From Bugula neritina (lineage: Eukaryota > Animalia > Bryozoa): a DNA stretch of 64,000 bases. Under the pieces are notes generated by a model. That model had not been told where the DNA came from and ran no database searches. It worked only from the letters and a program-made list of their open reading frames with translations. Below are positions 24,301 to 37,315 of the stretch, in pieces. A program made the position numbers and the translations under genes. Where the stretch lies: contig OZ037769.1 of assembly GCA_964035545.1 (NCBI GenBank), forward strand, positions 10,756,633 through 10,820,632. Direction: 5' to 3'. How positions within the stretch are numbered: position 1 is the first letter of the stretch; each line of letters begins with the position of its first letter.

Positions 24301-27300
24301 GACATATAGAACTCATACACTAGTTTCATTAACAATATTGAATAAAGACTTGAAAACATTTAGAAATCATAAATAGAAAATTATAAAAAACAAGTAGGCC
24401 TACAGTGCTCCCTCTGTATCTCACGGATCCCTTTCTCATGAAATGCCATAGGTCATGAGAAGGGCTTGGACCCCATTTTGTGACTTATGTATGTATGTAT
24501 AGAGACAAAATGGCCAAATTTAATGGATTGGTGAGTTAAATCTGGTATTCTACTATGTCACGAGTTGAGGTTTCTGGGCCGCATCTCACTTAGAGACAAG
24601 GTAGCACTTGTAGAGTTATCTCCCTTTGAACTGAAGATCTACATAATTTTAATTTTCAATCCATTTGTATGCCTTTTACAGTGCATAATAATACATTAAA
24701 AAGTGCTAAAAATACTTTGAAAAGTTTTCTCGTAATTTATTTTTTATTTGATGAGTTATGTTAAAACGATCAATAATAATATACAAAATATAATAACTTC
24801 ATTCATTTTACTTATTTTTCAAACTTATTTCTATTAAATATAATCATTTTAATTTAGAATTATTGTTACCCTTCTTCAGTCAAACTCGTGCAAGTTTATA
24901 GTCGCCATCCCTATGTGAGAATCCTTGATGGAAAGGGTTTTTGTTAAATTAGGCTAACGACTTATTCAGATGGGGCACAGGAACAATTATGACTGGATGT
25001 TCTTCCTAACATGAACAATAAGCCTTTACTGGGGATTGAACCCACGATTTCATGTTTACTAAGCCAAACGCTCTAACCCCTAGACCACAGCTGCTCACCC
25101 TTCTTCAGTCAAACATTTAAGTTATATTTGTTTCTGTATTTGGTTTATAGAAAATAAATTAAAGCTCTGACAGTCAAAACTATGATTGGAAAAAATACAG
25201 AATAATTCAAATATATAAAACAGTTCTTCTGTAAATTTAATTAACAGCAGTATAAGTTAATTGCTACAGATTTAGTTGTTTTCAACGCAAGAAGACCTAA
25301 CAAGTGAATACACAACTAAAATTACATGTTCTAAAGACACTTGAAATCTATAATAGTAATCATTGTATCTGTGAAGACTTTTGAGACATAACAGCTGCAA
25401 GTTTATTTATTGTGTTGGTGTAAACAAAGCCCCTCCCCCTGTAGTAACAAGCTTCAGCATGTGTCCTAGAATAGTTCATACATGCCACAAGTCTAGTTGG
25501 GCTGCACTCTAGTGTAGAGCATTGCTACTATATGAGATGACTCATTTCTTAGAGTAAACTAATGACCGACGAAATGTAGCAAATACTTTTTAAGTAGTCA
25601 TATTAAGCCACATCCATCACCCTAAAGTCAAATACAATAATAAATCACTGAAAGCTGGAATGTGACCACCGAGATCCCACCCACATGTAACTATATCTAT
25701 TAGGAGCAGCTGTAAATACTACTTGGAAGTGAGAAAGCAGTATAGGGGCCTTTCTCCTTACAACACAATGACTCAACTTTTATAGAAAACTTCTTACACA
25801 ATACACGACTGTTAGAGATAACTAGATGTAGCAACCAGATATCATCAGAATTTACTAGAGATTGTTCAAAACCCAGCAGCAGATATTTCATAATGCTGCC
25901 GTCTACTTTAATATTAGAGTAAGGACCACTTACAGTCTCCAGGGAGTGAAAGGCTGGTCGGGTTCCAAAGGCAGCCCAATCACGGCTATTCTGGCAGGAA
26001 TCCAGGCTAGAAATACTGAGGTAAGAAAGAGTAGCAACTTTATGGGTGCTAGAGTGAAAGCCATGATACACCACTACAAGTACACACAGAGCGTGACAAC
26101 TCCTAGTCTAAGTGGTGATATTATGTGAGAAGGTAACTCCAGTAGCTCGTCACGTTTCAGACAAAACAAATTGTTATTGTTACAGGAGTTAAAAGCATAC
26201 AGCAGACAAAATTGCCACAATAAAAAAGTAGCAATGAAACCAGATCTACATGTAAAGTACTTCACACAAAATATATTTGCAGTTATAAGTATAGTGTACA
26301 TAAAAGTTAATCTTATCAAAAATATAGCATACTGACACTAAACCTAAAGCAAGATGATAATTGATAGCAAGAATAGTATTCCTGTATTACAATATTATTA
26401 TTAGTTTTAAATTCTGATTGACTGAGCAGCTTAGGGACTACACAAGTTCTTATGAGAAATGCTGTAAACATCCATATTTTTCTATAGGATATGCACATTT
26501 TGCTAGTGAAAATAATATGCTAGAAACTTTACTGCTCAGACGTGTTGGTCAGTTTTGTACAACTCTTAGAGCTTGTATTGCTAGAAATATCCTGATGTGG
26601 ACGAAGGTTTATAGTAATGTATATTGTAAAAAATTCCAGTAACTCAGATAACAAGATTATGGTATACTGCGAGACTACATTTACAAAGTTCATCAAATTT
26701 CAAAACATTGCTCCGTAAACATATACTATATGTATACTGAATAAAAATGCCTGTCATAATTGATGAACTATTCAGTAAATGTGGTAGATCAAAAGAGGAG
26801 GAAACCAGGTCATGTTCTAATTTGAGACAAGCAAGTTATGCTGCAATAAATACTTCTTACTAAGTCTCTATTGATCAGACAAACAACCCCTATTTACTGT
26901 TTTCATTATAGCATTCCCATAGTTCCTTGCAGGACACTATACATGGGGGTGTACATCACCCAGTGACCATCACTTGCCAAAAGATGTCAACACAGAATAA
27001 TTTGAATACACAAAACACATTTTTCTTTTGTATTTTCATGTAAAACTTTATTTGCAAAGTGAATATGTAAATTTCTGTCATTAGTCAAATTAAAAATCAA
27101 GTTATAGTGATTAATTATAAAGACTGCTACTCTAATAATCCCATGGATGATCTCAAATATCGTGAGCCTTGACCTTCCCAATGGCATTGTAGTATTTTGT
27201 AATTATACAGTTTGTCAGTTAGCATTTCTATAGAGGTGAAATGTGATTCTATCAGATTTAGCTCTGCTTCATATTACAGAAATTTTATGGTTCCTAATCA

Positions 27301-28017
27301 CTTAAAGTTTGGCTGCAAATTAGTTACGAATATTACTTGCACTAATCAGAACTACATATCTATTTTATTGAAGTGAAATATTTTTTCAAAAATGATAAAC
27401 TACTTTCCAAAAATATTGTAAAAAGGTTTTTTTTATCAGCTTTTTAGAGCGAGGGCCACTGAAAGGGAATATTTTATGACAAGGGCCACATTATAAACTT
27501 TAGCTGAGGCTGGGGGCCATAGCGTCAGTAGTGTTTAATTATTTCATTCCAAATTCCTATGAATCATTACACAATAAATTCCCAATAGTTACTGCTGGCT
27601 GCATGTTTTGTAGCATGTGTATAAATAAGAAATTTAATAGGTGGTTTTTCACTCTAACTCAAGCTTACTATAAAGAATAATTTTAGCTTTATGCCTTTGG
27701 GAGCCACATAAATGTAGGCTGGGGGCCACATCCGGCCCTGGGGCCGGCTGTTGGACAGCCAGCCCTGTGCTAAACAAATCTTCAGAAGCTAGTAAAAATG
27801 TCAATGTAGCAGAAAAATTACTTACAATAAGTCTTTCCGTTCTCGTAGGATACAGACGATACACAAATGGGTGGACGTTATAGTCACACTTATGTTTAAC
27901 TTTGTCACCATTCATAGCTGCTTCCCCTGTATTAGTCACGTTACCATTCCTATAGCCTTTATTTTGGCTTGCAAAGTGTCCATTACTTCCATTATTATTA
28001 TGATGTGGACCTTCCAT
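21360..28017 (-). CDS. LPCAT: Lysophosphatidylcholine acyltransferase (LPCAT1/2 family), ~367 aa, 7 coding exons
   Basis: Exons 28017-27826, 26073-25934, 23988-23771, 23303-23130, 22684-22594, 22468-22331, 21510-21360. TM segment FTLAPIKLLLFLTSVFLAWIPA; catalytic PHSSFVD (HxxxxD); FVDRTDPHSR; WPQLLVFPEG; GAFLPG; YHPSDEEKENPELFAKNVR. Confidence 0.92.
21522..21895. repeat. ~26-bp AT-rich minisatellite next to the LPCAT last-exon acceptor
   Basis: aagtatatcatatatacatgtaatat units, grading into catgatacaactacatata units. Confidence 0.88.
21901..22075 (+). mobile_element. Tc1/mariner-type (TA|CAGTG) MITE, 3'-truncated copy
   Basis: TA|CAGTGCTCTCTCTGTAGCTCACG...; similar to 24403-24610 and 41770-41952. 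Confidence 0.7.
23995..24106 (-). repeat. 15-bp minisatellite (7 units) directly upstream of the LPCAT exon-3 acceptor
   Basis: Plus strand catgaccacctgtca x7; sense strand tgacag|gtggtcatg. Confidence 0.93.
24403..24610 (+). mobile_element. Tc1/mariner-type MITE, near full length
   Basis: TA|CAGTGCTCCCTCTGTATCTCACG ... TAGAGACAAGGTAGCACTTG|TA; imperfect TIRs and TA flanks. Confidence 0.75.
24886..25096 (-). mobile_element. tRNA-derived SINE with 18-bp target-site duplication
   Basis: Minus strand: GCAGCTGTGGTCTAGGGGTTAGAGCGTTTGGCTTAGTAAACATGAAATCGTGGGTTCAATCCC (A and B boxes, AGT anticodon-like loop), then GTTAGGAAGAACATCCAGTC. TSD acccttcttcagtcaaac at 24868-24885 and 25097-25114. Confidence 0.85.
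27445..27767. mobile_element. hAT-like non-autonomous element fragment (right end)
   Basis: Repeated GGGCCAC subterminal motifs, ending GGGCCACATCCGGCCCTGGGCCGGCTGTTGGACAGCCAGCCCTG, which resembles hAT/Charlie termini. Left TIR not found. Confidence 0.5.
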
Positions 28018-29199
28018 TCTACAAGAGCATGAGTTGAACTAAGAAGTAGAGCTAGTTGATACATGTATATTGCACATGTTTAGATGGCTGGCTTAAATAA
28101 ATGGTCACAGAGAAATCAAGCTCTTCATAATAATAATAATAATCAAAGTTAGTTCTTTGTTTGATAACACTTCACACAAAAAACTGAAAACCATGTTATA
28201 TACTTCAAACTTGGTTACTACCAGCATCTTATTTAATGTATTTATTTTTCTTCACTGACTTCAAAAATTATCCCATCCATGGTTGTAATGGCTCGATGAT
28301 CGTTATTTTATGCTTACAACTAATTATAAGAGTAGTGAATTAACTATTTTAAATTTGAAGATTGAAATACTAGACTATTGCATACGAGCTCTAAAGAATT
28401 CACTGCTCATATAAGACAATAGTTGGGTTACTTTTTAAAGCTCCCATTTGCAGTTAGAGCTTCCTTATAACTAAAAAAATATATGAGAAAAAACAAAAAC
28501 AACGAAGCTAATAAAAACTTGTATACTAAATAGCCACAGATCAAGACTTTCAGCATCGATATATATTTTAAAATTATATATTTACATGTTGACATGCCCA
28601 TGACACACACAAGTTAATACAGAAACATTTAGATGCTAGCAGAAAGAAACAGATACGAGGGTGAGGAGGATATCTAATTTTCTGATACACTACAATTCTT
28701 ATCATAATTATAGCAGCTACCCACAAGTGAGTGTCCGGATTAAATTAAAAACCAGATAATTGAATTGTATTTTGTTATTTATCCCCCCCATGTTAGCATT
28801 TAGCTCCTTATGTTAAATACATAGTAATTTAATATTTTACATATATGATCTGCTGTGGTTAGCCGTGTAAGCTGTGGCAGATCTATGACCACATTTGCTA
28901 TAGGTGGGGCATTGAAGTTCTAAAGTTTTGAACTGAAGTGCACCAGTAGACACAGTTGGTACATATCACACAAACTATAATTCTCCGATTTTCAATGGAT
29001 GTTTGAACTTAAATAAAAACTAAGGTTTTTTAACTAATCAATCTGCAATACTGTCAGCCAGGGTGGTTCGAAAACTACCATGAAACGCATGTAAGATTAG
29101 CTAGCCTTAGAATATAACAATGTAAAACTAAATTAGTATTACTACTATAACAAGAATCAGCTGAAAGTGAAACTGAAACTAATCTGAAGTCACTGTTCA

Positions 29200-29830
29200 A
29201 CTTAATTCGAGTCACAACTCATAATGACATTGATAATCATAGACACAATGTACATGCTGCAGCTAAGCTTATAGCCTATAAGTATAAGTATAGCCCTAAA
29301 CTTATAGTATATTAATAATTAATATAATAATGATTACAATCAATATTATAATATTAATATACCTATACTTGGTTTTATAGTATAACATTAAGTTTAACTA
29401 CATTTATATTACATTAACCTTAGTAGTATTAGTTTAACTAAATTATTACTATTAGATTTAGTACAAAAACTAGTAGAACTTCAACTAGTACTACAAGTAC
29501 AAGTATAAGTTTGAGTTTCAGTCTGTTCACTTGAAAGTTTATAGATATTATTAACTTAAGTATTACTATTACTATTAGCATAACTAAATTTTAATAAAAA
29601 ACTAAATGTTTCCACTTTATATTAATAATTATAATATTAAATTTAATATAATTATTATTAATAAATTCATTAAAAGGCGTAAATGTAATTCATTTAAATT
29701 TTAATTACTTAATAAATCTTGATAATAATTAGGTTTTAAATTAAATTAAAACATCAATTTTAATTTATTATTTAAATTAAAATATTAGAATAACTCGATT
29801 AATAAATTAAAACAATCGTTAAGATTATTA
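29200..29830. repeat. AT-rich (AnT)n cryptic low-complexity block on the LPCAT side of the promoter
   Basis: e.g. agtattactattactattagc, aagtacaagtataagt; period 3/6, no fixed unit. Confidence 0.7.
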
Positions 29831-29849
29831 ATAATAAGTAACACTGGGA

Positions 29850-30760
29850 CTGTAACTATTCTTACGATTATCACGATGCTAACTTAAGAGTTACTATTAT
29901 GGATATGTGACCGTTTACGTTATCAGTGAAATTGAGTGTGGTTAGCCGTTGGCGGTGCCCAAGGTCAAGGCGGAGGTAGGTTTGTTAATGCTACACTTCA
30001 AGTTAATTATGTATACATCCTGACACTGATTGTATCCTATTCAACTATTGCGTTTAAGTAGGCTGTCTCTTTAGTAATAACTAGCTTGCTACTACCAACG
30101 TGAAAATACTTTCAAATAGTCATAATCCAAGACCGATGAGTTTATTTCGATACGCTGAGAGTGAGAGTCAATCGATGGTTTGCATAAGATAGCATCAAGA
30201 TTTTCGTTCATTGGAAACGGAAAATAGCCTTTTTTGCGCTCCCGTCGCAATTGGTTTAAATCTTTTATTTGAAAATACGGAGGAAATTAGTATCCCCCAA
30301 CCTAAATTACTAATCCTCTTAACCTATATATTCCGGAGCGCAACGTTTTCATAGAAACCACACACTTATTTGCGATATGGAGTTGTGTTTTCTTGTATCC
30401 GTACACTGTCAATCATGTTTGACGTTTTTAAACGGCCCTGTACTAGTGCTGACGGGAGTGAACGAAAATAATATTATGACTCAGCTTGCGATGCTTTGAC
30501 ACATGATAATGCGTGACCAGCAAACCTCCAATTTACTACAACCGTGCTCATCAAGACTACTATTATGTTCTAAGTAAATAATTTTGTGTTCAAATTATTA
30601 AAACGGAGTTAGCTTTATTAGTGTTAAAGTAGTAAGTGTAACATATTGAGCAAAGCTGCGTTGTCTGACCTTGACCTCCAACTGTACGTAAACAAACACA
30701 AATTTTCCAGATCTCCACATCAGTTCGAGTTTCAGTTTGCCAATTAAAAATGAATTGCAA
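29850..30760. promoter_or_regulatory. Putative bidirectional promoter (LPCAT <- -> Rab18)
   Basis: Locally GC-richer, CpG-retaining island between two divergent genes, in CpG-depleted surroundings. CCAAGGTCAAGG at 29959-29970, TGACCTTGACCT at 30666-30677. Candidate minus-strand donor (plus-strand cttac, ~29861). Confidence 0.6.
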
Positions 30761-30769
30761 TTATTATTA

Positions 30770-32050
30770 TATTTTTATCTAATAATTTACTTGATAGGGC
30801 TAGGGAATCTAACCAAACTGAAACTATTTCATGTACTAATGAGTGCAATAACAATTTATTAGATATATTTCAAATACCATATTGATATTCACTTATTGAT
30901 ATAATTATAACTATAAGTTATTATAATATAATTATAAATAACTATAAGCATAACAATTATGAATTAAGCTACTCACTAACTCTAAGTCTAAGAGTAAGAC
31001 TAAGGGTAAGTACTCTGACTCAGCTAGGCCTAGTAGTAATAGTAATATTATTAGTATCACTGTAAATGTATGAGTATCACTATCAGTATCTGTAAGTGCA
31101 ACTTACTAACTAAATGTAATCAGTCAATGTGGTGAGACTGAGTAATATTATTGGTAATGTTTTGGATTTTATTTTAACAAAACTTGAACTAGTACTACTA
31201 CTAGTACTAGTAGTAGAACTAGACGTACTACTACTGCTGCTGCTGCTGCTACTGCTGCTGCTACTGCTGCTGCTACTACTGCTGCTACTACTACTACAAC
31301 AAGTCAACAGCATTAACTATAACAGTAACTAATACTAATAGTAATACTTGTACTTGTAGTCTATAATTATAAACTCACTCACTTGTACTCGTAGTTGTAG
31401 TCTATAAGTATAGAATTATTCTTAATCTTATAGTTATACTAACTTTCGAAAATATTTCATAATTGCAATGATATTGATAATCACACTGATTACGACAATT
31501 GACATTATCATCATGATGTTGATTATGATTATTTTTGTCTTATGATAATCAATGTCAATATGAATATATGATAATCTGTAGTGATATTGATTAAATGATA
31601 ATCATAAAAATTATGGTAATATCAATAATTAGAAAAAAGTTATTCATTATAACTGTAAGTGTAACATTAAGTACTTAATATTTTTCACTAGTTTTCAAAG
31701 TGAAGAATGACTAAAACTGTAACTCTTACGACTATGAGTAACCCAGGAATACTAAATGTAATGACTAAAGCTGTAAAACTAAAAGTAGAGATTAATTTCA
31801 TTAACTCTATGTTCAAACTGCTTACACAAGTTGAAATAGTATTCAACACCATGATTTATAAGTATTACTACTACAATAACTATCACTATAAGTATATCAT
31901 CATCATGTATAAAACTAACCATGGCTATAAAATTAAATATAAGTGTTAGTGTAAAACTAGCAGTCACACTGTTGTAATAAGACTGCAAGAGTTTGAGTAA
32001 ATGTAACTGCAAGAGTAACTGTAACTGTAAGTTTTATGCTTATCAACTAA
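30770..32050. repeat. AT-rich (AnT)n low-complexity block on the Rab18 side, including a (CTA/CTG)n microsatellite at ~31190-31297
   Basis: taagtctaagagtaagactaagggtaagta; tgagtatcactatcagtatctgta; ctactgctgctgctg. Confidence 0.75.
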
Positions 32051-32235
32051 GAATAATAAAAAAAGTAAAAGGTAGAGATTATGTCCAAATGTTTGCTAAT
32101 CTACAATTTATGAAACATTGGGATCAACAGCCGAGGCTGTCCTTGTTTATGAAGTTTATTCTACCAATAGAATTTATTCTACCAATTTCCATTTCTAGAG
32201 ATGATATTAATAGGGTTGCTTCTGTTTACTTACAG

Positions 32236-32414
32236 CAAGTTCCTGTGTGATAGCACACATAGCACCCTTTGTGAAACTGGGCCTTTTTGCAGGCTTTTCT
32301 AGTTGGAGCAGTAAAAAGAGTCAACATAAGTGATACTGAAGTAAACTAAAAGCTGTAGTGATCAGGAGGTTCTCTTCTACTCTCACAACCCGGCTACATT
32401 GCATCTAGATTCAG
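32236..32414 (+). other. Possible internal non-coding 5'UTR exon of Rab18
   Basis: Flanked by ttacttacag| and ttcag|gtaggt; contains no ATG; lies between the promoter island and the acceptor at 33210. Confidence 0.3.
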
Positions 32415-33272
32415 GTAGGTGATGGGCATAGCCATGAGGTTTGATGACTGGCTAGTAAATGACGGCTATACTTAACTCTCTGGCCGTAGCATTGAGCTCA
32501 GCTGCACCGATATGAGTGTCACTGATGTTACTGCAGCTAGTGTTGTAGCCATAGTTCTAAGCATGGCTCTACATCTAACCAGTGTCCGAATCTCATACAT
32601 ATATGAATTGGAAATTCTAAATAAAGTTATGAACATTAACAACAAGATTAAACATATTTAATTACTTATGGGTATTGTTCTGATCTGTTTATTTAATATT
32701 GATTATAGTTGTATTAGAGTAATTGATATTCATATATTAACAATAATAATTATAATAATAATTATTATTCTGTAATAATAGCATCACTTTGTAATAATGT
32801 TCACATTATTACATAGTGATGCTAGATTCTCAATAAACATTATACATGGTGATACTAGTAGACTATTGTAGTTAGAGTGATTAAATTGCAGAAGATATAT
32901 AACTGTTCACACAACAGTGAGATTTTAGTTTTAATTTGCTATAATTCTCACTCTGAGTCTTTTTCAACTCAAATAGAGTATTTCAATTTATAATTTTAAT
33001 AAATTGTGGTAAGTAGAGTCTAATGTTTTCTTGAAAGTGAAATTATTATTGATATGTGTAAAAACACTAACAGAAATATCGTTATGTAAAATATTGCCAT
33101 TTATATGTCTGCCAGTCTGCCTGTTATTAACTCAACGATGTTAGAGATTAAATTTGGCTGCTGATTATTAATATTTTGTATATTATATAATTATAATTAT
33201 AATTCACTAGATAAAGCATAAAGCAGCATAAACTGGTAACAGCAACAGTGATTTGGCAGCAGCAATCTCAGC

Positions 33273-36200
33273 ATGTCTGAAAACTATGCTGATCCTGGGT
33301 CAGTGTTGACTACTCTGAAAATTCTCATCATTGGAGAAAGTGGAGTTGGAAAATCTTGGTAAGTTTACTCTAATAGTCACAAAGTCTAGCAAAATGTCAT
33401 TATATTCATCAGCTAATAGTTCGTTTCTAAAATTCATGGGTGAATAAAATGTCAGGTTGAAGAATTATTATAGTCAACCTGGTTTTTACTTATTTAAAGT
33501 CAACTATCGAATGAATAGTCAATATATTTCTAATCAAAGTAGTCATTTAGACAAAGTAATTTTGGTGGGATCTGCAACGCATAGAAACGAATATATAAAT
33601 GGGACATTTCAAAAAGTATATTTGTTGATTGAAATATCTTTTGTTATAATCCATGCTGGTATACAACTATCATCATTCACTGCTTTTATTCCTTTGCATT
33701 ATGCTGCGAATGGATAAATTTGTAATTGCAGTTTGCATGAACTTATGGTATGCAACTGTTTGCAAACATCAGTGAAAAATCCATTCTAATGCAGTGATTA
33801 TGTAATGATGATGTAATAGCCAACTAACTAAGACTCCCTCATTATAGTTCAATGTTAATAGCTTTCATGTAACTAATATTCATGTAAAACTGTAATCATA
33901 AACTTAATTTGCTATTCAATAGTGAACTTTGATAAATTCTTGATCAATTTTTTTGATAAGACCGGAAATTCAGTTGTAGTACAATAGAATGCGATTATTG
34001 TAAAATAGTACTTGATTTTAGTCAAATTTAGTTACATTGAAATTAGTTTTCCTGCTGTTGACTCAACAGCATCTGCTAGCTTAGTCAATATCATCAGACT
34101 AACTTGAATATTGCACTGCACTTTACGAGATGAGTAAGTGCTGGAAGTGTCCATATGCCATTACAAACTACACTCTATAAATCACATTTACAATTATTTG
34201 TGAAATTAAGGCACATATGTTAGCTAATTTTGTCTTTTTAGCAGCTTTGAAATGCCTAATTAGTTATTTCAAGTCAGACTCAGTTTTTTAATAATCGTCA
34301 ATTTGTTAACCATTTTAACCGTGTGACACCTGTGGTGGTGCAAGAATGTTATCAGTTTTTTCTTCAATTTTTTTATGCTAAAATTGCAACAAGTTAACAC
34401 ATGATGTTGACAAGTTCTGAGCTGCGGTTTAGTAATGATTTCACTGAGAAGTGTCACCTCAGCTGGTGAAATGTGCTCCATTGAAACTTTTGAGTTTCAG
34501 AATTACCTGAATTTATAATGTTGTCTATATTTGCGTATAGTGATCACATTACAGGGGAAAATAACATATATTTTTACATTTAAACTTTAACAACAAATAC
34601 CGAAAAGATAGTGACCATATAGCAAGTAAAATATCTAACTTATGGTGTTTTTGTTGTTCATTTTCTAGTTTGCTGCTACGGTTTACAGATGACCGGTTTG
34701 ATCCTGAACAGACACCCACTATTGGTATGCTTTACCTTGTGTGACTTTTGTACTGATATATTCAATATGGTATCCTCAATTGTGAATTTTGTTAGAGTTA
34801 GTAAATGTAATCTCTAGCTGTCCTCACTGTCCTTATTATTGCCTCTACCAACTTGCAACTTCATTACTAAAAGTCAAAGTATCTTAAACCTATTCATATT
34901 GAACTAATCAACATGCATGCAGAGTTCGATTCACTTGTTCAATAAGGAATTTACTAGGTTTATGCACTTACAAAGTACTAACTTTTAGTGGTTAAACTAT
35001 AAACAGTCCTGCCACTGCTCTGTAATGCATGTGGAATAAGGAAGTTTCAATCAGAAATAGATGTATATATTTAACATTGTTAAGTACTAAAATGTAGTAA
35101 ATATGTTAAACTTTAAATAAAGTTATTCTTTGCCATTAAATTAAAATTATATACAGGTATGTTGCACTTGGTCGTAGATGTTAAAGTTATATGTCATTCT
35201 AGTGTCAAACATGCTCATCTCATTCTGCTACTAATCTGCTATGATCTTAAAATAGAATGATGGTATTGCCTCTTTGAAATATCATATTCCTAATATTTTT
35301 AGTTGAGAGGTAAATGCTTTTGTTTGTTAAAATATGTGTTTGAAATCTAACAGTTTTTCTTTGGCCCGAGAGCTAATTTCTGAGTTAACTTCCCTGTCAG
35401 CTGCCACAAGTTCTCTACTTTTTATAGTTTTTGAAAAACAAGTTTAAAATTGAAGTCTGAATTGTTGCAGGTGTAGATTTCAAAGTGAAAACACTTACAA
35501 TTGATTCAAATACAGTCAAGCTGGCAATATGGGTGAGTTTTTAAAGGAATTTTCCATTTTATTCTGTATTGTACATAATTTTTAACACTTTTAGTTTTAC
35601 TAATTGAAATGCAAAATTTAAATATTACAGCTAGTCTAAAGTAATTAGTTTGCCATATATGTACTACTTCTATTTCTATATTATGCTGCAACTACTTTTT
35701 GTATTGATACCACACCTGGTGTAATGTTATTACTAGTATATCTGGGCTACCATTGCAGGACACGGCTGGCCAAGAGAGGTTTCGCACTTTGACCCCAGGT
35801 TACTATAGAGGAGCCCAGGGAGTAATATTTGTGTATGATGTATGTAACAAAGATACGTTTCACAGACTGGAAGGGTGGCTGAATGAACTGGATACTTATG
35901 CCACTAAGCTGGATATTGTGAAGATGCTAGTCGGCAATAAAATAGACCAGGTTAGCTGAGATCTCGTTCTCTCTAATACCATGATGTCATATCTGTAACT
36001 TCATATCTACTAGAGTTGCTTCCACATGCTCTTGTCGCGATTATTAACTAATATACTCATCTGCTGCTTACAGTATGTAGTCTCAACATAGCCTTATGAA
36101 TTGTCTTCCCATTTAGGTTACTAGAGTTTGTAAAATTTATTATATTGGCAAAATCTGGCTTATTATACAATAGTTTTTGCCAGTAAACAGAAGTATGACA

Positions 36201-37315
36201 TTGGCCAAAAGTTGAACTAGAACGAAAATTTAAGTGCGTTGTAAATGAAATAATATATTATACTCTAGAGTCTAGCCCAGTAGATTACGTGTGGTAGTAT
36301 AGACTAGTAAGATTTTATTACAAATATCAATTCAATACTAGTTTTAGTCAAAATAAGAGTTTCAGTATAACTTGGCGCTGACTGTGACAACAGATTTGTA
36401 ATTTGTACATTTTCAGAGTAATCACGCAGTTACTAAAGAGGATGGATTAAGATTTGCTAGAAAACACAGAATGTTGTTTATAGAGGCAAGTGCTAAGACA
36501 AAGGAAGGCGTTCAGACAGCTTTTGAGGAACTTGTTGAGAAAGTAAGGAGTTATCCTCACTTTATAATAACTATGTTGCAAGCTGCTACAATCTATACAC
36601 CAGTATGGTTGTTTTAAATTAATGTAATGTTTGAGTTTGAAACAAATAAGAAATTAACCCCTTAGCTTAATTTGCTATAAATTATAAAATCTATGTGGTC
36701 AGGTGGGGCAGTGGCCTCACATTTCATTGTTTGTCATGTAAGGTCTCTCATAGAAGTAAACAAATTACAAATCTGAAACTCATTTTTTTATCATGAAACA
36801 AAATGAAAAGAACATAGAAATTTGAAAAGGTTGAAAATCAGAAGTTAACAATTCTTGTCAGTTAGTGAAAAATCTACATCTCACTCCATCAGCTGATTTA
36901 TAACGTCTTAATTTGCTAAAATATTTATGTTTCTGAAAATAGTACTTGTACTATCATTAATCATCATTATTAAGTTAGTCATCTCTAAATTAAATGTAGT
37001 TAACCGCTAAGTCATCAAATATTTGCTATGTACTGGTATATTTACTATATACTGGTATATTTACTATGTACTGGTATATTTACTATGTACTGGTATATTT
37101 ACTATGTACTGGTATATTTACTATGTACTGGTATATTTACTATGTACTGGTATATTTACTATGTACTGGTATATTTGGTGATGAGTGTACGTATATAGTG
37201 AATGGTAACCTACTTACAGATACTACAAACACCAGGACTCTGGGAATCCAACTCAAGGGGAGGAGTCAGTCTATCAGAAGCTAAAGAGCATGGTGCAGGT
37301 GCTTGCTATTGCTAG
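33273..37315 (+). CDS. RAB18: Ras-related small GTPase Rab18, 205 aa, 6 coding exons
   Basis: Exons 33273-33358, 34669-34724, 35471-35532, 35759-35950, 36417-36542, 37220-37315. [73 protein letters not shown]; C-terminal CYC prenylation motif. Confidence 0.96.
37026..37176 (+). repeat. 19-bp minisatellite (~8 units) upstream of the Rab18 last-exon acceptor
   Basis: ctatgtactggtatattta repeated. Confidence 0.92.

Noticed and set aside
25700-26642. Several 60-124 aa ORFs suggesting a nested gene in LPCAT introns
   Set aside because: The true LPCAT exon (26073-25934) is in another frame; the remaining ORFs show no recognisable motif or coherent exon chain.
31110-31332. Poly-Ser and poly-Leu ORFs; also Ile/Thr-rich ORFs at 47200 and 54206
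   Set aside because: By-products of triplet low-complexity DNA; no splice or homology support.
32240-32600. GC-richer patch whose minus strand reads ...AAELNATARELSIAVIY*, faintly OTU/TE-like
   Set aside because: Interrupted by stops and too short to support; equally explained as a Rab18 5'UTR exon plus flank.
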